Shown here in pieces: positions 59,621 to 64,000 of a stretch of 64,000 nucleotides of DNA. How positions within the stretch are numbered: the first letter of the stretch is position 1; each line of letters begins with the position of its first letter. The translations under genes and the position numbers were made by a program. The notes below the pieces were generated by a model. That model was not told where the DNA came from. It made no database searches and saw only the letters and a list, made by a program, of their open reading frames with translations. Location: assembly GCA_900617105.1 (NCBI GenBank), contig UYFQ01000574.1, forward strand, positions 1-64,000, in the 5' to 3' direction. This stretch comes from Hydrurus foetidus (lineage: Eukaryota).

Positions 59621-60365
59621 ATGATAGCAACACGCATCCTTCTCGTCGCGGTAATAGTGTGCTCTCTCGCTGTATCAAATGCATTCTTCGCTGGCAGACA
59701 TAAATCCATGGCCATAAAAGACAGACAAACTCATGACCTGAAGATGATCGTAACAGAGGTAACGTCCACCGCCGGCTTAGATCAAATTGTGAGTTCAGCT
59801 GGCAATAAACTGGTCGTTGTAGATTACTCGACGACGTGGTGCGGACCGTGCAAGCTCGTCTTACCGAAGTACATGGAACTTAGTGATAAATTTGCAAATG
59901 TCATTTTTCTCAAATGCATTGGAGATGCATCAACCGAAGCCAGTGCGCTTATGAAAAGAGAGGGAGTTAGATCGGTGCCAACATTCCACATTTGGAAAGC
60001 TGGAAGTAGAGTTGAGGTTGTTAATGGTGCGAGGATCGAGGAGGTATGTTACCCTAAGATGTCATTATTCTATGTGAGCCTTTCCCCACGCAAGATGACT
60101 TTACGTTCAGTTGAACTCAATTTGAAGTCACATTTTACGTGCATCCGAGCCCACTGCATTTTTATTTCCATGAAGCACATCACTTTAAGATCGACTTTGT
60201 GTTCTGCCGACCAGTGTGTCGCCTTTACCTCTTGTCAAAGAACCTACGTCATCAACTATTCAAGAACTTTTTTAATGCCTCGCGATCATGGAAAACTTGA
60301 ATTAATGGAGTCGTGTTCTGTTTTTCCAGGTCGAAACCGCCGTCGTGACTCACAGTGCGGCTTGA
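59621..60365 (+). CDS. trxF: Plastid thioredoxin (f-type), exons 59621-60043 and 60330-60365
   Basis: Signal peptide ending SNA-F, WCGPC active site, FLKCIGD and VPTF; GT-AG intron. Confidence 0.88.
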
Positions 60366-61937
60366 TTAATATCGTGACCACTTATGAAAGATTACGGAAG
60401 ATATTCAACCAGGAATGTAACGGCCTTCATTCTTTCAGATAGCCACATTTTGGAGTTGCATCTCGCAATATGTTTTTTTTACGTTCTTGTAGACAGTCGG
60501 ACTTTGTAGAATAATTTATTATAATCGTTTTCTTTGACATGGGAAGTTTTCTCGCTCTTTCTTTTGCTGTTTTTTCCGAAGACTGGGGCTAATAAAGTCT
60601 AATTCGCGCGAGAAGTAGATTCTTGTTATCTCTTAGTCATCTTTGAGGTGACAATTACGGATTTCAGCCAGGAAAATGTTGCGTCCTTGAAGAGCACCGT
60701 ATAATCTCATGCCTCGTTCCTAGCAAAGTGAAATGCATGGCTCAAACTCAATTGAGGAATCACCATCTGTCACGAAGTACCGCGCGGCGTATACAGTATG
60801 TACACAGATCGATCTACCGATTCCGTTCCAGTTTTAAGTCTGTGTCCGAATCTCAACACAGGCTGTAGAACTGAATTCGAAAAGACTTGTAGATATTCCA
60901 ATAGAGTTGCAGACTTTCACCTCCCTAGGATCATCCGCTGTGAGCACCAATAACAGGCATCATACAGCAGCACCTACCTTGATAACAGATTCCACGATTT
61001 CGAAGCCCTCAACAACAGTCTTCTTATCGAATGTTCAATGAATTTCCTAAACAATGCTACGACAGCATCCTAACCACCAAATATGAGAATCGTTAGATAT
61101 CTGCCAGGTATGAGACAAGCAGCGATTGCGATATTCTCGATAGAAAACTCCTATCCTTTGAAGTTCTGATACACCTTCGTGCAGTTCTCCTTCTTTCATG
61201 CCGTACCACGCCTTACCGTACCCCTCTTATTTCTGAGATCGTGCAAGGTTTTCTAAAATTTAATGATAAATTGTTTTTGTACCCGTCATAATCTAAACAG
61301 CGTAGTAAATAATTCAAGATAATTTAGCACCACATGTGCAGTGAACTTTCCTCGTGTTATTATGACATATTATCGGATAAATCGAGAGATCGAAACTAAT
61401 GATCATTTGAACTTGTTCTGGATTAGTTCAATGAAATGATAGGGGTTTGTAGACCAATTTGATGAGGATCACAGTCCTCAGTCGTGTGTTCCCAAGCAAA
61501 AGTTCTTCCCAAAAGATTCCGATAAGGGAAGGCTGCTGCATTGATAATGCTTCATTGATAATGCTTCCAATTTTAATAGCTGATAGTGTAGCCGTATGCC
61601 ATGTTGTAGCAATCGCCACTAATATTGGCCTTGCCTTTTAGCTTTGGGCTTTGGCCTGGTTGTCCTATCCCATGCCAAGGTGCCAAGGAGTAATAGGCTG
61701 TCTCTAGTCTCTACCGTTGTGTACAGGACACTTGAACTAAGAATCCCGGTATAAATCGTTAAAAATCTAGTTATGGAAGTGCTAAGCTTTTTCGAAGTGC
61801 CTCATATTATCTAACCCTTATTCCGGGTCTCTCACTGCAGTTGAAAGGTTCAAGAGAGGTTGGGAAATCTCAGTCCAACCATGACGAAGTTTTGATTCTT
61901 TCGCTACTCAATTCCCTTCTGGCAACATCCTCGGGAA

Positions 61938-64000
61938 ATGGACAATTACTCAGCCGCCAGGTCGCACGGATGGTGCATTATTTTGCTAACTATCTGGATT
62001 GGATGTGTTGATAGTTTTGTTCCGCGGTTCGCTGCGAAGTTAAAATACGATCATGGCGTTTATGCAGCGACTTCTATCAATGATGAAAAAACGGTGAAAT
62101 TTCTTGCATGGGCTGAAAGTGAAGGTATCTGATTCAATAGTCTATCATCAAGCAGAAGAGAAATCAATTGAAAAGACAAACATCTGTGCTTTTTACTATG
62201 AGAGTGTGTGGCACAGTTTTGATGCGTAATCTCGGCTTTTCATAGGGATTAAAGCGCCTAAGTGCAGTGTATCCAAATTTCCTGGGGGACTTCGAGGTGC
62301 ACAATTAAATGCAGAAACATAACTCTAGACTCCAATTTGATGTAAATTAAATGTATATCTTCTCAATTTCTGGTTATTGCTGCAGGCATAGGAGCAGTCG
62401 ACGACATTCCGGACAATTTTTTCTCCGTGTCTGTCCCCGCAGAATTGGTTCTTGAGACAAATAATAACAGACCACCGTCACCTTTCCTGACTTTCTGCTC
62501 TGAAGAATTCTGGTCTCAGCAATGTAAATGGGACCATCGCTTGGCCTTGAAATTACTGTACGAAGTGAAAGGATTCGCTGCCAAATCTACGAGGAAACCA
62601 TGGCTTGATAAATTGCCGAAATCTTTCAGTACTCCATGGCACTGGTCTAAGAACGAAATTTCCAAAACGCAATATACAGCATTGGAGACTAAAGTAGAAA
62701 AACAGAAAGTCGACTGGCGCGTCTTTTATGATAAGTGGTTTTCTCATATCTCTAAGTCACCTGAGATTTTGCAAGTTACTTTCGAAGACTTTGTCTGGTC
62801 AATGGAATGTGTCAACTCTCGCGCATTCTCAGGCATCTACGAAGGATCCTCTGCACAAGAGAGAAGAGGCCTCTACCTGTTCACTGGAGCGCTTACTCTC
62901 ATATGGCCTCTCGCTGGATTGGGAACAGCAGAACAGTCCTTGGGTGCGGCAGTATTGGTAGCCATTTCAATTATCAGCAAGGATTTTTTTTTCTCGAGAG
63001 CAGCAGGACTTAAAAGATATGTCATTTGCCCATACATAGACATGTTCAACCACAAGTCAACTTGCACATCGGATGTATCTTACGGCTATTTCTCCGACAC
63101 TTTTGAGTTGACCACCCAAGGGTACAAAGCTGGAGAACAGGTTCGATCATTATCCATATAAAAGCGAATGAGTTGAAGTGTTGCACTATGATTGTTTTCC
63201 TACTGTCCCACTAACTCTGAATTCATTTGATATCATCTAAGATGTACATCAGCTACGGCAAGCAGTCCAACGATCGGCTTTTGCAGTACTACGGTTTCAC
63301 GGATTCAGACAATCCAAATGACCTCTACGATTTTGGGATGCCTTTTTTAGAACTCATTTTAAAACGTGCGGATGCAGTTAACGAAGCTGTATCTTTCCCC
63401 ACTGAACCCTCTCCGCCTGAAAGGTTACAGCAAATAGCTGGTGCAATGCAGAACACTGTTCTGGAGAGTTCAAAGGACTCCCTCCTGCAGAAGAATACTC
63501 TAACTCTCTCGAGTGGGGATGAGAAGACTACTCGATACTTCAAGACAGTGACATCCCCCACCGGTACTTTACTGTGCTGGAGAGATATTTCACACTTTAC
63601 TATAGATCAATTATGATGAGTTTGTCTGATCACGAATACTGCATTCCCTCCTATCACTCTCGCAGGCTTAGCTTCTCATTTTGACGACATAACTGTGCGT
63701 AGTATGAGGGCACTGTACTGCTCTACCACTGAGTGGAACGATCTAGTGAAGCTGTCTGGAGGATCAAGCAGTCTCAAGTCCCTCAACAATGCCGGCGCAA
63801 AACTATCTGCTGAAACAGAAATGACGGTTAATAAAGCTCTCCAATCACTGATTCGAATCGAATTGGCGGAGAAGGTGACCACTTTAGAGGAAGACAACTC
63901 AGAACTATCCGAGCTGGAGAGCTCTAGAATGTCTGCAGCATCTGCTAAGAGAGGCAAATATGATACCACGAAGGAGAGAAAGGAAAAAGACGCTACGAAG
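61938..64000 (+). CDS. Plastid SET-domain lysine methyltransferase (Rubisco LSMT-like), multi-exon; runs off the window
   Basis: Signal ending VDS-F; FLAWA; VNSRAF; PYIDMFNH; ISYGKQSNDRLLQYYGF. Confidence 0.88.

Noticed and set aside
60044..60442. Long C-terminal extension of thioredoxin
   Set aside because: ORF read-through into a GT-AG intron.

Overview
Eukaryotic, intron-containing DNA from a plastid-bearing stramenopile (ochrophyte-like): several genes carry a signal peptide followed by an A-F/S-F bipartite plastid-targeting motif. Positions 1-22 kb are a nested transposon island with three Ty3/Gypsy chromovirus remnants, three Ty1/Copia remnants, a hAT fragment, a 3-bp-TSD TIR element, a Tc1/IS630-like element and an apparently intact Mutator (MULE). 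Positions 23-64 kb are mostly host genes: Rab32/38-like GTPase, fucosyltransferase-like protein, GRIP golgin, two small plastid membrane-protein paralogs, a BROMI-like protein, thioredoxin f and a plastid SET-domain methyltransferase. This part is interrupted by a very young full-length Copia, a long-TIR MULE and several MITEs. Two observations stand out. (1) A Copia lineage seen as two divergent copies has no tRNA PBS. Instead, each copy has a covarying LTR/PBS inverted repeat at identical spacing (candidate self-priming) and an in-frame UGA-C stop between gag and pol; the full-length copy also has no polypurine tract. (2) A papain/C39-like Cys-His-Asp protein family is carried as cargo by two adjacent DNA transposons that appear to belong to different superfamilies. 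All calls were made by eye, with no database searches.
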